DNA from: Methanothrix sp.
Lineage (GTDB): Archaea > Halobacteriota > Methanosarcinia > Methanotrichales > Methanotrichaceae
Length of the DNA: 64,000 nt
NCBI GenBank assembly: GCA_018052825.1
Contig: JAGPMN010000001.1
Coordinates: 17,232-81,231, forward strand
Direction of reading: 5' to 3'
The notes beneath the pieces are model-generated. The model saw nothing but the letters and a program-made list of their open reading frames with translations, searched no databases and was not told the DNA's origin. Positions 1-12,030 of the stretch are shown piece after piece; within the stretch, counting starts at the first letter, position 1, and each line of letters begins with the position of its first letter. A program made the translations under genes and the position numbers.

Positions 1-1074
1 CTGGCCCACTCCCAGGAATAGCACGGGCTTGCCTGTGATGTAGGCTATGGATATCGCCGAGCCTCCCTTGGCGTCGGCATCCGTCTTTGTGAGGATGGAG
101 CCGCCGATGGGAACCGACTCGTTGAAGAGGCGCGCCCTCTCCACGGCATCGTTGCCTGCTATGGCCTCATCCACGAATATTAGCAGGTCCGGCTTGGTCA
201 CGCGCACTATCTTTCTCATCTGATCCATGAGGTTGATGTTGGTGTGCAGCCTGCCAGCCGTGTCTGCCAGGACCACATCCTTGTTGTGAGCCCTGGCATA
301 TTCTATGGCATCGAATATCACTGCCGCCGGGTCTCCACCTGTCTTGTGCTTGACCACCTTCAGGCCCAGGTTATTGCCATGCACCTCCAGCTGCTCGATC
401 GCCCCTGCCCGGAAGGTATCGCCTGCCGCCAGCACCACAGAGTAGTTCTGGTTCATCAGATACCTGGCCACCTTGGCGATGCTGGTCGTCTTTCCTGTGC
501 CGTTCACTCCCACGAACAGGATCTTGACAGGCTTTTCAGTGCTCCGGATGTACTCGTCGAAGTCCAGGTGATTTCTGGATAGCAGATTTATCAGCGCCTT
601 TCTCAGGGACTGCTCTGCTATAGCCCCCGTATCGGATCCGATCTTCTTCTTCCTGCCAACGAGGTCATCTTTGACCTCTTTTACGATCTCCTCTGCAACC
701 GGAAGAGCCACGTCGCTCTCCAGGAGGGCCACCTCCAGGGCCCAGAGGGGCTCCTCAAGATCCTTCTCCTCCAGTACGACCTCCTGCTCGAAGACCAGGC
801 TCTTGGCCTTGTCCAGGAAGGAGATGCGGCCTTTGCTGTTGTTGGGCTGCGCTGAATTTTTGGCTTTCATGCCGTCAGCTGCGCCCGACGCTGGCCCGGC
901 ACTCTCGGATCTGCCGCTACCCTCAGCAAGGCCCTCCTGCCCGGTTCCCGTTATGCCGGCCTGATTATTCTCTGCGGCCTGCTCATTATTCCTGCCGGGG
1001 GAGGCCTTTTCTGCTATCTTGGTGGAGAGTGCCTCTTTGAATCCGGAGAGCTTCTCTTTGAAGCGGCTAAACAA
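1..1074 (-). CDS. ftsY: Signal recognition particle receptor FtsY (C-terminus cut by window edge)
   Basis: Absent from the ORF track because its stop lies left of the window. Hand translation of the reverse strand gives ...KILFVGVNGTGKTTSIAKVA (P-loop)...VVLADTAGRLH...ILTKTDADAKGGSAISIAY...GVGQ. The N-terminus MFSRFKEKLSGFKEAL starts from TTG at 1074..1072, overlapping the pfdA stop. The exact start is uncertain. Confidence 0.85.
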   Translation of the reverse strand, partial: MFSRFKEKLSGFKEALSTKIAEKASPGRNNEQAAENNQAGITGTGQEGLAEGSGRSESAGPASGAADGMKAKNSAQPNNSKGRISFLDKAKSLVFEQEVVLEEKDLEEPLWALEVALLESDVALPVAEEIVKEVKDDLVGRKKKIGSDTGAIAEQSLRKALINLLSRNHLDFDEYIRSTEKPVKILFVGVNGTGKTTSIAKVARYLMNQNYSVVLAAGDTFRAGAIEQLEVHGNNLGLKVVKHKTGGDPAAVIFDAIEYARAHNKDVVLADTAGRLHTNINLMDQMRKIVRVTKPDLLIFVDEAIAGNDAVERARLFNESVPIGGSILTKTDADAKGGSAISIAYITGKPVLFLGVGQ

Positions 1075-1543
1075 ATCGTTCGCTCCCTGCGCCGCCCTGA
1101 TGCTGCTGCTCTTGCGGGCTTTCTCCCTCTTCAAACTGCTGAATTGCGGCCTGAATCTTCTGCATCTCCTGGTCGATCCTGGCCAGGGCCTCATTGAGCT
1201 TCCTGGACCCTTCCATGATCTCGTCTTTGCGAGACTTGAAGATCTCCCTGGCCTCTGCCGGTGTCTTCTCAATGCTGACGCCAGCACCCACATTCAAGAC
1301 TACCTTCTCCTTAGAGGCGAGGGTGGCATGGATGAAAGATCCGGAGCCGATGGGAACCAGCATCTCCTCTCCGATCTCTGCTTTGTCCAGGGCCTCTACG
1401 GCAGTCGATGCCCTCTCCAGGCCCTCTGCTGCTATCTGAGCCAGGCTGATCTGGCGCATGATGCCGTCCGCCTGGGCCTGATACTGCTGATATGCGGCCA
1501 GGAGCCTCCTGATCTCCTCCTCGCCTCCAGGAGAGCTACTCAA
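1067..1543 (-). CDS. pfdA: Prefoldin alpha subunit
   Basis: 158-aa ORF with coiled-coil arms flanking central beta hairpins (VPIGSGSFIHATL, VLNVGAGVSIEKT). It sits in the conserved archaeal position between rplX and ftsY. Confidence 0.85.
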   Translation of the reverse strand: MSSSPGGEEEIRRLLAAYQQYQAQADGIMRQISLAQIAAEGLERASTAVEALDKAEIGEEMLVPIGSGSFIHATLASKEKVVLNVGAGVSIEKTPAEAREIFKSRKDEIMEGSRKLNEALARIDQEMQKIQAAIQQFEEGESPQEQQHQGGAGSERFV

Positions 1544-1736
1544 CCGCCTTCACCTCGTCGATCTTTATGAGGTCCCTCTTCAGGCCGTGTTCGCTTCCCA
1601 TGAGGGAGTAGACCTTGTTGATGGCATTCTTCTCGTTCTCGCTTTCAACAACCTTGCTGAAAGGAAGCCAGGTCTTGCCGACGATCCCTCCCTTATATCT
1701 TCCTCTGATCTCGAAATTGCTCACTGTACCACCCAC
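1536..1736 (-). CDS. rplX: 50S ribosomal protein LX (L18Ae/eL20 family)
   Basis: 66-aa ORF MGGTVSNFEIRGRYKGG...LIKIDEVKAVE. It lies in the canonical eif6-rplX-pfdA-ftsY context and overlaps pfdA by 8 nt. Confidence 0.8.
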   Translation of the reverse strand: MGGTVSNFEIRGRYKGGIVGKTWLPFSKVVESENEKNAINKVYSLMGSEHGLKRDLIKIDEVKAVE

Positions 1737-1771
1737 TTCTATGAACCGATCTATGAAACTATGATTCTAAA

Positions 1772-2437
1772 TCATACCGGGAAGCCCAGCGCATCCTCGA
1801 TGCGCCCCAGCTCCGGCCCAGATGTCTCCTCGCCCGCCATGTAGCCCCAGCTGTTGGCCAGCACCCCTGAGCCCACCAGAGGCGAGCCGAGGTTCACCGT
1901 GCCCACATCCACAGACAGCTCAAAGAGGCCTTCCAGGACGGCGATCTCCTCTGGCGTGGCGCGCGGGTGAACCAGCAGACCCTTGTTGGTGGCCACTGCT
2001 GCCATGCCCACAGTCTTCAGCCCGCCTATGGTGCCCCTCACAACCCTCACGCCCAGGGCCCTTTCAATGGCCTCGCAGGCCTTGCCGGACAGGCCGGGAT
2101 GAACAAGTGCGGCGCTGTCATTGGCCAGGATCACATTGCCGGCGGCATTGATGCGGGAGGGCAGGCGAACTGCCCTGCCGTGCTCGCGGAGGAGCTTGAT
2201 CTCACCGTCGCTCGCGTGATGGGTTATCACAAAGCCGCTGCTGTTGGCGGCGACAAGCGATCCCACAACAGAAGATCCGGCGGCTAGCATGGGCACGGCC
2301 TTTACCCCAAGCCCCTCCTCGAGGGCCAGCCTCTCCGCCTCGCCAGCCTCCGGGGGCAGCAGCAACACCTTCTCCGTGCATCTGGCAAAGACGCCCAGAA
2401 GGCTGCTTCCTGCAATCTTCAGACGTCTATCTCTCAC
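1772..2437 (-). CDS. eif6: Translation initiation factor 6 (aIF6)
   Basis: Pentein-repeat sequence LKIAGSSLLGVFA...AAGSSVVGSLVAANS...AAGNVILAND...GGLKTVGMAAVATNKG...GSPLVGSGVLANS. The track ORF starts at GTG 2482. I prefer GTG 2437 (MRDRRLKIAG..., about 221 aa), which just overlaps the rpl31e stop. Confidence 0.85.
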   Translation of the reverse strand: MRDRRLKIAGSSLLGVFARCTEKVLLLPPEAGEAERLALEEGLGVKAVPMLAAGSSVVGSLVAANSSGFVITHHASDGEIKLLREHGRAVRLPSRINAAGNVILANDSAALVHPGLSGKACEAIERALGVRVVRGTIGGLKTVGMAAVATNKGLLVHPRATPEEIAVLEGLFELSVDVGTVNLGSPLVGSGVLANSWGYMAGEETSGPELGRIEDALGFPV

Positions 2438-2693
2438 CGGCGAACTCCGCCTCGACATTGCCGTCCTCGAACTTGACGGCACGCACCCTTACCCGAAGGG
2501 GAGGCTTCATGTCGCCCCGCGCCCAGATGACCTCGCTCAGGCCGGGGTCGATCTTCACATTCGTCTCATCCGTCTTCATATGCCGGGCCAGGTAGCTCCT
2601 GACCTCGGACATGGCCCTGTCGGACCTTTTATAAATGGGAGCACTTTTGACCATTCCCAGGGGGATGGTGTAGATCTTTTCAGTTTCAGCCAT
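2427..2693 (-). CDS. rpl31e: 50S ribosomal protein L31e
   Basis: MAETEKIYTIPL...VRSYLARHMK...IWARGDMKPPLRVRVRAV. ATG at 2693; the track start at 2699 is a TTG two codons upstream. Confidence 0.9.
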   Translation of the reverse strand: MAETEKIYTIPLGMVKSAPIYKRSDRAMSEVRSYLARHMKTDETNVKIDPGLSEVIWARGDMKPPLRVRVRAVKFEDGNVEAEFAGER

Positions 2694-2695
2694 TC

Positions 2696-2848
2696 TCAAG
2701 CCTCTAAGGTGCTTCTTCTCCAGTGCCTTCTCTTGGGATGGGTGACCACTCTGCGCTGGGTCTTAACTATTACCCATGCCGGAACTCTACGATTCTGATT
2801 GAATGCCTTGGCAAGCCTGATCTTCTTGCCTTTCAATTTCTTGGACAA
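2696..2848 (-). CDS. rpl39e: 50S ribosomal protein L39e (below the ORF-track size cut-off)
   Basis: Hand translation gives (TTG)[49 protein letters not shown], 50 aa. A GGAGG lies about 8 nt upstream of the TTG. The stop TGA at 2696-2698 lies 2 nt upstream of the rpl31e ATG. Confidence 0.85.
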   Translation of the reverse strand: MSKKLKGKKIRLAKAFNQNRRVPAWVIVKTQRRVVTHPKRRHWRRSTLEA

Positions 2849-3443
2849 ATCTCTTCCTCCGGATAACTATGCTGTGCGTATGATTGGAGGGGAAGATGCT
2901 GCTAAGCCGGCTCTGGCCGTGCCTCTCTTGCAGTGCATATCTCAGGCCCACCTCGAAGTCTGAGGCGGGATGCCTCTCGGAGGATGCCTCCTCGAAGTCC
3001 AAATAGCGCCCGGCCATGGCCTTGATGGCACTGCCGCCCAAGCCCGCCAGAGGTCTGATGTACTGTATATGCAACCGGTCTTCCAGGCTGCGGATGGCGC
3101 TCCAATCCATCTTTGGAGCGCGGTCATCCCGCCTCGTCCCGTCCGCCACAAACTCGCACTCTTTTGCTACTGTCTCCACAGCAATGCTATGAACATAATT
3201 GAGGGCATCATTGGGATAGCCAGTAGAGAGCAGGATCTCCAGGGCCCGCTCTCGGACCGTCTCTGCAAAGACCACCGTTCTGTGCGGGTGGCCCAGCTGC
3301 AGTGCGGCATCTGCCGCTTTCATCCAGGAGTCATCATAGCCGAAGCTGAATGTGACGAGCTCAATCTCATCGAAGAACGGTTCGAGAAGAAGAGCCGCCA
3401 GGCTGCTGTCCTTTCCGCCGGAGAATAAGACTGTAGCCTTCAT
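2787..3443 (-). CDS. PP-loop ATPase (adenine-nucleotide alpha-hydrolase superfamily)
   Basis: N-terminal [20 protein letters not shown] is a PP-loop SGGxDS motif. 218 aa. The last roughly 20 codons overlap rpl39e in another frame. Confidence 0.7.
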   Translation of the reverse strand: MKATVLFSGGKDSSLAALLLEPFFDEIELVTFSFGYDDSWMKAADAALQLGHPHRTVVFAETVRERALEILLSTGYPNDALNYVHSIAVETVAKECEFVADGTRRDDRAPKMDWSAIRSLEDRLHIQYIRPLAGLGGSAIKAMAGRYLDFEEASSERHPASDFEVGLRYALQERHGQSRLSSIFPSNHTHSIVIRRKRFVQEIERQEDQACQGIQSES

Positions 3444-3457
3444 GAGCTGCCCGGTTT

Positions 3458-3799
3458 TTATCTCCTGGTTATGGTGATATCTCTCTTCTTAGGCTGGGCC
3501 TGTCTGAGTATCGTCTTGAGCTGTTCGTCGGTGATCGCGCCCCTAAGCCTGCCGCTCTGCGCAAGCATGATGAGCTGGGCCTCGATCTGAGCGACGAACT
3601 CCGCTTTTGTCATGCGGAGGGCGTTGAGCCTCTCCCGGGCCTCAGGAGTGAGGATGGCCCTCATGATGGCGGCCTTTTTGGCTGCCAGCTCCTGCTGGGC
3701 CTGCTCCTGCTGAGCGGCCAGCATCTGGGAGTCCATCTGCTGCTTCTGGATCTGCTCCATCCTCCTTCGTCTCAGTTCTGCAAGCTCATCATCAGCCAT
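3458..3799 (-). CDS. dsDNA-binding protein, PDCD5/TFAR19 family
   Basis: 113 aa. [16 protein letters not shown]...[37 protein letters not shown] is typical of the archaeal PDCD5-like family. Confidence 0.8.
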   Translation of the reverse strand: MADDELAELRRRRMEQIQKQQMDSQMLAAQQEQAQQELAAKKAAIMRAILTPEARERLNALRMTKAEFVAQIEAQLIMLAQSGRLRGAITDEQLKTILRQAQPKKRDITITRR

Positions 3800-3818
3800 A
3801 CAAATCTCCTCGCTTTCT

Positions 3819-4277
3819 TTAAGCAGTCGGCTCGGCTGCAGGAGCTGCAGCCTCGCCCTGCATCTTACTTCTTATTCTATGAGCCACGCTGTCCAGGTAT
3901 GCCTGACCCTGAGGGGTCATCTGGCGTCCCTTCTTGATCTTCTTAACGTAGCCTGCCTTCTCCAGCTGCTGCAGTGATTCGCGAACCACTGAGCCGCTGC
4001 CTTTGCAGAAGAATCCCGTGGCCACGCCCTTGCGGTGCTTTCCGCCATAAAAGGTCCTCAGGCGTGATACGCCCACCGGCCCGTCGATGTATATCCTGCG
4101 CAGCACCGATGCGCACCGCACAAACCACCAGTCTGGGTTGGTGGGGGGCATCTCCTTGTTTACCCCGGTCTTCGCATACTCAGCCCATACTGGCGGCTGA
4201 ACCTTGCCCGCCTCCTTCAGCTCCTGGGCTACGGCAGCTATCAAGTCATGGGGAGGTACGTCGTAAACAGTTGTCAA
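3819..4277 (-). CDS. rps19e: 30S ribosomal protein S19e
   Basis: (TTG)[20 protein letters not shown]...[35 protein letters not shown] at 4277 is preceded by GGAGG. The track ORF extends to 4313. Confidence 0.9.
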   Translation of the reverse strand: MTTVYDVPPHDLIAAVAQELKEAGKVQPPVWAEYAKTGVNKEMPPTNPDWWFVRCASVLRRIYIDGPVGVSRLRTFYGGKHRKGVATGFFCKGSGSVVRESLQQLEKAGYVKKIKKGRQMTPQGQAYLDSVAHRIRSKMQGEAAAPAAEPTA

Positions 4278-4332
4278 ATTCTTCAATCCTCCAGGTGATA
4301 AGGAACAAACCACAACTCCTACGCCAAAACAA

Positions 4333-4340
4333 GTATAAAT
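4333..4340 (-). promoter_or_regulatory. Candidate TATA box for rps19e
   Basis: The reverse strand reads GCATTTATACTT. It is centred about 60 nt upstream of the TTG start, consistent with a short SD-containing leader. Confidence 0.3.
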
Positions 4341-4579
4341 GCTTTTTCCGGGCAGCCTGGATTTGGGTGGTCTACCCTCATTACTTCGTGAATCTTACGG
4401 CCAGTGCGAAAGATGTTAGTTGCAGTCGATAAGCGCTCGACATCTGACATCTGCGCTGAAATGGTCTATTGTGGCGGTTTTCATGTTCAACCACTCGATA
4501 GAGGTACACCATCAGGATTTGCGTAACCTAAAAAAGTGGGAAAAAACAGCCGTTGGGCCGGGCTATAGATTTACTGCTC

Positions 4580-5122
4580 TCAACTCCAGAACTTATTGAT
4601 GAAAAACGGCAAATTGGATAGCTCCTGAATCGACTCTGCCGGCAGCCCGACCTCATAAGCATCCTGGGGCAGAGTTTCTCCCCTTATGGAAAACTGGGAG
4701 GGCGATATCTGGCTGCCTCCTATTGTGTAGACTGGCTTCTGCGCCGACCCGATATGCATAAATCCGCTTTCAGTGGATGCAGGCTTCACAGCGGCTGGCT
4801 CCACCCGGGCTGCTGCCGCGCTCTCCACTGCCGTTGCGTCCTCCGCAACTGTAACATTGGTGGTTGCATTTTCCTGAACTGTTGCATCCCCAGCGGCAGA
4901 TGCCAGAACAGCAGCTAAGACAGTCTCACTCTCCGCTGCCGGCACGGCTGCATTCAGTGTAGCGTTGAGCGTTTGGTTGAGGGTCGCATTTGCGGTTTCG
5001 TTTGCAGTCAGGTTTAAGCTGCCGTTATCTGCGGGTGCAATAGCAAGGATGACCTCCTGGGCGGAGACTGCCAGGACTGCGGCAGCCATAAAGATAAGGC
5101 AATATATAAATTTCATACTCAT
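4580..5122 (-). CDS. Secreted hypothetical protein, N-glycosylation-sequon rich
   Basis: Signal-peptide-like MSMKFIYCLIFMAAAVLAVSAQE. It is followed by NGSLNLTANETANATLNQTLNAT...ENATTNVT, 8 N-x-S/T sequons. Confidence 0.6.
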   Translation of the reverse strand: MSMKFIYCLIFMAAAVLAVSAQEVILAIAPADNGSLNLTANETANATLNQTLNATLNAAVPAAESETVLAAVLASAAGDATVQENATTNVTVAEDATAVESAAAARVEPAAVKPASTESGFMHIGSAQKPVYTIGGSQISPSQFSIRGETLPQDAYEVGLPAESIQELSNLPFFINKFWS

Positions 5123-5201
5123 ATAATTCCCCGACTATATTCCATTGCCTCTTACCATATCAACCTTGCCTTCATCCTCCATGTCTTATAATCCCGCTCT
5201 T

Positions 5202-6079
5202 CTAGCCTTTGCTCTCCTCCTCGCCCAGTGCCTTTCTTCTTGCCTGCCGGCCTGCGATCAAATAAGCTTTTGAAAGCAGATTGGCAAGATTTGCATCCCC
5301 TACATAAAATGGCGCATCTCCCAGCCTTTTCAGCACAGCATTCTCTACAGCCGGCCCCGTTGGGTTGATCTCCAGCTGATCAAGCTCTTTTCCCTTCTGC
5401 CAGTAGCTATCCAGGCATTCTTCCAGAGGCCTGACCGGATCGCCGGAACTGTAACAGGGGACTTCCTTCGGCTCAAGTTGCGCTCCGGCAGACCGGATAT
5501 TGCGCAGGGCCTCAATGATCTGCTCTTTAGTCCTCCCCCTCAGCTTGAATATCAGGAAGGGATCGCAGTCGAACTGCTCTGCCAGCAGATAATAGACCGC
5601 TGCAATATGCTTGCAGGGATTTGACCAGTCGGGGCATGAGCAGTCTGTCACCAGATCATCATATTTCCCGGGAAAAAGAGATGTGCCCGAACTGGAAAAT
5701 GCTTCCTCGATATTCTGAGGCATCTCCCCGGAGAGCAGACGGGCCGCAAAAACCGCCTTCGAGGCCATGGCTGAAGTAGCCTTCTCCCACTCGATATCGG
5801 ATAATGGTTTCAGCTTTATCTTCACATCATAGGGCCTGGACCGTGTGCCCTGCACCTTTGCCAGGACTATGCCAGCCTTCACATCGATAGATATGACCTG
5901 ACCCTTCCTTGCATAGTTCTTTCCCCGGGTGAGCCTCGCACCCAAATTGAATGACTCAAGAGTGCTGACCCAGCGCCTGGACCACCAGGTCTCACCAATG
6001 CAGCCGCGTTTGCTCCTGGCCTTCAGGCCGTTCTCGACCTTCTTGGGCTTGGCCGGCTCGTAGTAGCTCCAGTAGGGGC

Positions 6080-6083
<4 letters not shown>
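5202..6083 (-). CDS. SWIM zinc-finger protein
   Basis: CSCPDWSNPCKHIAAVYYLL is a CxCx(n)CxH SWIM motif. 293 aa. Its start overlaps the SNF2 stop by 4 nt. Confidence 0.85.
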
Positions 6084-9199
<3,116 letters not shown>

Positions 9200-9294
9200 G
9201 CATTCCGCTCCTGGCGGTCTGACTTCGACTGCTCCGCTGATAGCCGGGTGTAGCTAAGCAATACTATTTAAAATAACCTCCGGGCCATAGAAGC

Positions 9295-9312
9295 CCCGCC
9301 CTTCAGGGCGGG
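9295..9312 (-). terminator. Stem-loop downstream of pycB
   Basis: CCCGCCC-ttca-GGGCGGG is a 7-bp GC stem with a 4-nt loop, 35 nt past the pycB stop. There is no adjacent T-run, so a terminator role is tentative. Confidence 0.3.
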
Positions 9313-9346
9313 AAGAAGGTCACGAAGAGCGACCTATATGGCCGAT

Positions 9347-11053
9347 CTACTCTATGGACATGAGCACATCGCCTGGGGTAACAGTCGTGCCCTCTTTGAT
9401 GTATATCTCCTTGATCGTTCCGCTCTTGTTTGCGAATATGTTCTGCTCCATCTTCATGGCCTCCAGGACAGCCACTGCATCACCCACGGCTACCTTGTCC
9501 CCTTTCTTGGCCTTGTAGCGGATGACCACGCCCTGCATGGGCACAGTCAGCCCATCGGTGGGGGCCTTGGGCTGGGCCTCCTGGATAGTCATTCCCGCAG
9601 GTGCGACCTTGACCAGGTATGACTCTCCGTCAATCTCGACATTGAGGGCAATGGGCTCCGCCTTGAGAGGGGCTCCTGCGGTTGCAGCCGGCTGCTTCTT
9701 CTCAAGCTTCTCCTCTACAGCCGTTCCCTGCAGGAACTTGAGGGCCACCTGGGGATAGAGGGCGTAGGTGAGATAATCCTCCTCCTGCCTGGCCAGGCCG
9801 AGGGCATCCACCGCCTTCTTCGCGTTTTCGTACTCTGGGGGTATCAGGTCTGCGGGGCGCACTGTGATCGGCTCCTCATCGCACAGCACCTTGAGCCTCA
9901 CCTTGGGATCGATCATGGCCGGCGGCTTTCCGTACAGGCCCTTGACATAGTCCTTGACCTCTTTGGGAACCATCTTGTAGCGGTCGCCTGTGATCACATT
10001 GAGCACGGCCTGTGTGCCTACGATCTGGCTCGTGGGGGTGACCAGTGGCGGATAGCCCAGGTCCTTTCGAACCCTCGGTATCTCGGCCAGTACCTCATCG
10101 TACTTGTCCATCGCCTTCTGCTCAATGAGCTGGGATACCAGATTGGAGAGCATGCCGCCCGGAACCTGATAGACCAGCACGCTGGTGTCCACCCGTGCGG
10201 CGATGGGATTGAAGACCGGGGCATATATCTCCATGATCTTCTCGAAGTACCTCTTGATCTCGGTCAGGAGCTCCAGGTCCAGGCCGGTGTCATAGGGCGT
10301 TCCCTGTAGTGACGCCACCAGGCTTTCTGTAGCCGGCTGGGAGCTGCCCCCGGATAGCGGCGATATGGCCACATCCAGTATGTCCACTCCTGCCTGGCAG
10401 GCATGAAAGTAGCTCATCTGGGCCATGCCGCTGGTGCAGTGGGTGTGCAGGTTGATGGGGAGGCTGACCTCCTTTTTCACAGCGCGAATGAGATCGTGTG
10501 CGTTTTTAGGGGTGATGAGGCCGGCCATGTCCTTGATGCAGATGGAGTCGCAGCCCATCTCCGCGAGCTGAACGGCGAACTGGGCGAACTGCTCATTGCT
10601 ATGCACCGGGCTGATGGTATAGCTGATGCCGCCCTGTACGTGCTTGTCCATCCTCTTGGCGGCCTTGATGGACCGCTCCATATTTCGGATATCATTGACC
10701 GCATCAAATATGCGGAAGATGTCCACGCCGTTTTGGGCGGCCTTCTCAACGAATTTCTCTACCACATCATCGGCGTAATGCCTGTATCCGACCAGGTTCT
10801 GCCCGCGAAGCAGCATCTGCATCGGAGTATTCGGCATGGCCTTCTTCAGTGCTCTCAGCCTCTCCCAGGGGTCTTCATTCAGATAGCGGATACAGCTATC
10901 GAACGTCGCCCCGCCCCAGGTCTCCAGTGAGAAGAAGCCGACCTGGTCCATCTTCTCTGCGATGGGAAGCATGTCCCTGGTCCTCATCCTGGTGGCCAGT
11001 AGAGACTGATGAGCATCCCTGAAAACCGTGTCTGTAAGCTTAACCCTGCCCAT
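9347..11053 (-). CDS. pycB: Pyruvate carboxylase subunit B / oxaloacetate decarboxylase alpha-type carboxyltransferase with biotinyl domain
   Basis: The N-terminal carboxyltransferase TIM barrel begins VKLTDTVFRDAHQSLLATRMRT. The C-terminal biotin attachment site is AVLEAMKMEQNI. 568 aa. Confidence 0.9.
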   Translation of the reverse strand: MGRVKLTDTVFRDAHQSLLATRMRTRDMLPIAEKMDQVGFFSLETWGGATFDSCIRYLNEDPWERLRALKKAMPNTPMQMLLRGQNLVGYRHYADDVVEKFVEKAAQNGVDIFRIFDAVNDIRNMERSIKAAKRMDKHVQGGISYTISPVHSNEQFAQFAVQLAEMGCDSICIKDMAGLITPKNAHDLIRAVKKEVSLPINLHTHCTSGMAQMSYFHACQAGVDILDVAISPLSGGSSQPATESLVASLQGTPYDTGLDLELLTEIKRYFEKIMEIYAPVFNPIAARVDTSVLVYQVPGGMLSNLVSQLIEQKAMDKYDEVLAEIPRVRKDLGYPPLVTPTSQIVGTQAVLNVITGDRYKMVPKEVKDYVKGLYGKPPAMIDPKVRLKVLCDEEPITVRPADLIPPEYENAKKAVDALGLARQEEDYLTYALYPQVALKFLQGTAVEEKLEKKQPAATAGAPLKAEPIALNVEIDGESYLVKVAPAGMTIQEAQPKAPTDGLTVPMQGVVIRYKAKKGDKVAVGDAVAVLEAMKMEQNIFANKSGTIKEIYIKEGTTVTPGDVLMSIE

Positions 11054-11101
11054 GAAGATCTTCCTTTATACGGTCCCTATTCTTTAAATTCCCTTCGCTT
11101 C

Positions 11102-11389
11102 TTATACCGGCCCGATCCGCGGGGATGGTCCTTCTATCTCTGCGATGATTCTCCACTCCAACCATGAATAGGTTATATAAGCATTGCTCTGACGGCGCGG
11201 GGGCAGATCTAATAATTCTGCAGCCATCTGCAATAGATTTTCAAAATCATAAAATTGAGGATTGCGAGAAATGGTCACATTTGTAGTGTCCATCACGGAT
11301 GGTATGTTTATCAATTGTCCTGCCGTGACAAGTGTTAGCATTTCAAGCTGCAAGGCGCCCTGAAAATCCGGTTTTCTTATGCGACTCAT
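11102..11389 (-). CDS. Hypothetical protein (orphan, in AT-rich patch)
   Basis: 95-aa ORF with no family recognised. Its composition is visibly more AT-rich than the flanks. Confidence 0.4.
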   Translation of the reverse strand: MSRIRKPDFQGALQLEMLTLVTAGQLINIPSVMDTTNVTISRNPQFYDFENLLQMAAELLDLPPRRQSNAYITYSWLEWRIIAEIEGPSPRIGPV

Positions 11390-11430
11390 AAATTAATTTT
11401 CACCGGATTTTCCAGTCATGCAGCTCGAAT

Positions 11431-11446
11431 TGTACACATGTGTACA
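11431..11446. promoter_or_regulatory. Perfect 16-bp palindrome TGTACACATGTGTACA (candidate operator)
   Basis: It lies in the divergent intergenic region between the 11389 (-) and 11501 (+) starts. It sits immediately upstream of a TATA-like TATTAATAATA (11458-11468). Confidence 0.45.
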
Positions 11447-11500
11447 CCTGAAGTGTCTATTAATAATATCAAGGCATTGTAACGGTTGGAGTGATAGAGA

Positions 11501-11908
11501 ATGAGACTTAGAGTTGTCAGCGCCAGAGATGAGATCCCAACGCTCAATCCCAATGAGAAGATGATCCACCTGGCCTTCCGCGCGAGCAACGTCGACTTCC
11601 TCAACCTGATGCAGAGATGCCCCAGGCTGCGCGTGATTCAGGTTCCTCCCTCCTACAGAAAGACCATGTCCAATGCCATTCAGGTGTTCCTGGACATGCA
11701 GGGCATTGAGCTTTTGGAGGGCGACGTTTGGGGCCACAGGAAGGACCTGGACGAGTACTTCACCGTGGACGAAGCCACCCTGGAAGAGATCCGCTCTCTT
11801 GTCGCCAGCGGCGCGCCCGTGGAAGAGGTGGCCGGACAGGTGCAGAAGAAGGCCAGACTCGGACCGGACCTGATCAAGTACATCGCCAAGAGCAAGATCA
11901 CCGCATAG
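11501..11908 (+). CDS. DUF1699-family protein (Methanosarcinales-type conserved hypothetical)
   Basis: MRLRVVSARDEIPTLNPNEKMIHLAFR...EGDVWGHRKDLDEYF matches my recollection of the highly conserved DUF1699 family. 135 aa. Confidence 0.7.
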   Translation: MRLRVVSARDEIPTLNPNEKMIHLAFRASNVDFLNLMQRCPRLRVIQVPPSYRKTMSNAIQVFLDMQGIELLEGDVWGHRKDLDEYFTVDEATLEEIRSLVASGAPVEEVAGQVQKKARLGPDLIKYIAKSKITA

Positions 11909-12030
11909 ATTTTGCATCGATTGCGGCAGGCAGGCGCAGGGCTGCCGGAAGAAGGACGGCCCTGTCCCGAACTCTTTTTGTTCTTTGTCTCGGAAACCTT
12001 CATCTAATCTCAGCCCCAACCCCCCAGTCC

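Noticed and set aside
11728-12030. N-terminal 101-codon extension of the geranylgeranyl-reductase-family ORF
   Set aside because: The extension is Arg/Gly-rich, overlaps the DUF1699 gene, and precedes the Rossmann motif that normally sits at the very N-terminus. GTG 12031 is the plausible start.
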